From a virus (Duplodnaviria > Caudoviricetes), in IMG/VR virus record IMGVR_UViG_3300039306_000021, positions 1 through 36,244 of that record: a DNA stretch of 36,244 nucleotides; one strand, given 5' to 3'. This document shows positions 35,349 to 36,244 of the stretch, one piece after another; position 1 is the stretch's first letter, and each line of letters starts with the position of its first letter. Below the pieces are notes generated by a model, which had not been told where the DNA came from, made no database searches, and saw nothing but the letters and a program-made list of their open reading frames with translations. The position numbers and the translations under genes are program-made.

Positions 35349-35672
35349 TTACAGGGAGGCCAGATCAAAGCCCAGCCCCTGCCCGAAGGCGGCGAGGGCG
35401 GGCCAGGGAATGCGCGGCTCGGTGGGCGTGAACCAGTAGGCCTGCAGGGTGATGATGGCGCCGGCGCGGCCGGGCTTGCCCTGCTTGATCCAGCGCTGCA
35501 CCGTGCTGCGGCTCACGTGGCACTCCTCCATTACCTGCTCGATGGTGAGCAGGCGCGGCGGGGACCCGGCGCCGGCCGTGGGCACGGCCTCGCGCACGGC
35601 TTGTAAGTGGCTCAGAACGGTCTGGCAGAACTCGTGAAAGGAACCCACGGTGAGCAGATCAGAAGCTTGCAT
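35349..35672 (-). CDS. Excisionase-like HTH protein
   Basis: LLTIEQVMEECHVSRSTVQRWIKQG MerR/Xis-type HTH. Confidence 0.8.
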   Translation of the reverse strand: MQASDLLTVGSFHEFCQTVLSHLQAVREAVPTAGAGSPPRLLTIEQVMEECHVSRSTVQRWIKQGKPGRAGAIITLQAYWFTPTEPRIPWPALAAFGQGLGFDLASL

Positions 35673-35684
35673 ACGATTAGAGAG

Positions 35685-35906
35685 TTAGCGGGCTACGGCC
35701 ATCACCGCCGCCCCGGGCTCGTTGCCGGGCAGCAGCCGGTGGTAGAGTTCCTCCTTGAGCTGGGGGTGGCGGGTGGCGAGTACCTGGTAGAGCTGGTTGT
35801 AGTTGCGCGGGTCGTGAATGGGCAGGCAGGCGGCCTCGAGCACGGCGTCGGCGACGGGGAGTTCGGCCGGATTCACCGGCCCCTCGGGAGCGGGCAGGGT
35901 CAGCAT
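35685..35906 (-). CDS. Small hypothetical protein (73 aa)
   Basis: Start MLTLPAP at 35906 through a TAATG overlap. Confidence 0.55.
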   Translation of the reverse strand: MLTLPAPEGPVNPAELPVADAVLEAACLPIHDPRNYNQLYQVLATRHPQLKEELYHRLLPGNEPGAAVMAVAR

Positions 35907-36244
35907 TAGGCGGCCCACTTGAGCAGCACGCGAAACTCGCGGCGGCAGTCCGACAGATCTACTTCGCGGATGCTGCCCAGCGGGCGCAGCACCACTTCTT
36001 CCTGGGTGCGCTGCTCCTCGGCCGCGGTGCGCAGCTCGGCGGGCATGGAGCCGGGCAGATATACCGTGAGGCGGCCCGGCGGGCGGTGCCAGTAGCCAAG
36101 AATGGGCTCGGGGGCGGCCAGGGCCACAGGTTGGCTGTGGGTGAGCGCGCACAGGGCGCTGCCGCGCTCGAAGTGGGAAACGCGGATGCGCTTGCCGCTG
36201 AGCGCTTCCGTCAGGCTGACGGGCGGGCAAAACGTCTTCTTCAT
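35906..36244 (-). CDS. Hypothetical protein
   Basis: 112 aa ORF ending at the window edge, translationally coupled to the next gene. Confidence 0.6.
   Translation of the reverse strand: MKKTFCPPVSLTEALSGKRIRVSHFERGSALCALTHSQPVALAAPEPILGYWHRPPGRLTVYLPGSMPAELRTAAEEQRTQEEVVLRPLGSIREVDLSDCRREFRVLLKWAA

Larger units (their letters stand above)
5019..36244 (-). mobile_element. Prophage (Bacteroidota siphovirus-like), continuing past the right edge
   Basis: Co-oriented tape measure, lysis, portal, terminase, capsid, protease and replication genes. No sheath gene was recognised. The left boundary is uncertain, somewhere between about 2.3 and 5 kb. Confidence 0.93.

Overview
This window holds most of a temperate siphovirus-like prophage from a high-GC Bacteroidota host. 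The host is probably Hymenobacter-like, inferred from the lipoprotein signals, the TAnnTTTG-type promoters and the codon style. Nearly all phage genes are on the minus strand. Reading from the right, the order is: early genes (excisionase-like HTH and a winged-HTH replication initiator with internal DnaA boxes), a convergent lipoprotein moron, a candidate regulator, a five-gene fibre/appendage cascade, S49 protease-scaffold, major capsid, tail tube, TerS/TerL, portal, adaptor, holin-lysozyme-spanin, tail genes (one with SprB repeats), and finally the tape measure gene. The left 5 kb is an AT-richer accessory patch with surface lipoproteins, a serine resolvase with a res-like site, and a decayed Trypco2-like gene. 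No integrase, repressor, RNA gene or CRISPR array is visible. Four observations stand out. (1) The appendage operon is a daisy chain in which paired modules, and one apparently split FN3-like domain, sit across gene boundaries and hang from a tail-tube paralogue. (2) Five copies of a fixed-geometry promoter, GTCCTTTW-N19-YAGYTTTG, head the late operons, three of them fused to upstream terminators. (3) A DnaA-box origin lies inside the initiator gene. (4) A structured non-coding block between terL and the portal operon may be the packaging site. All family calls come from reading motifs by eye, not from database searches.
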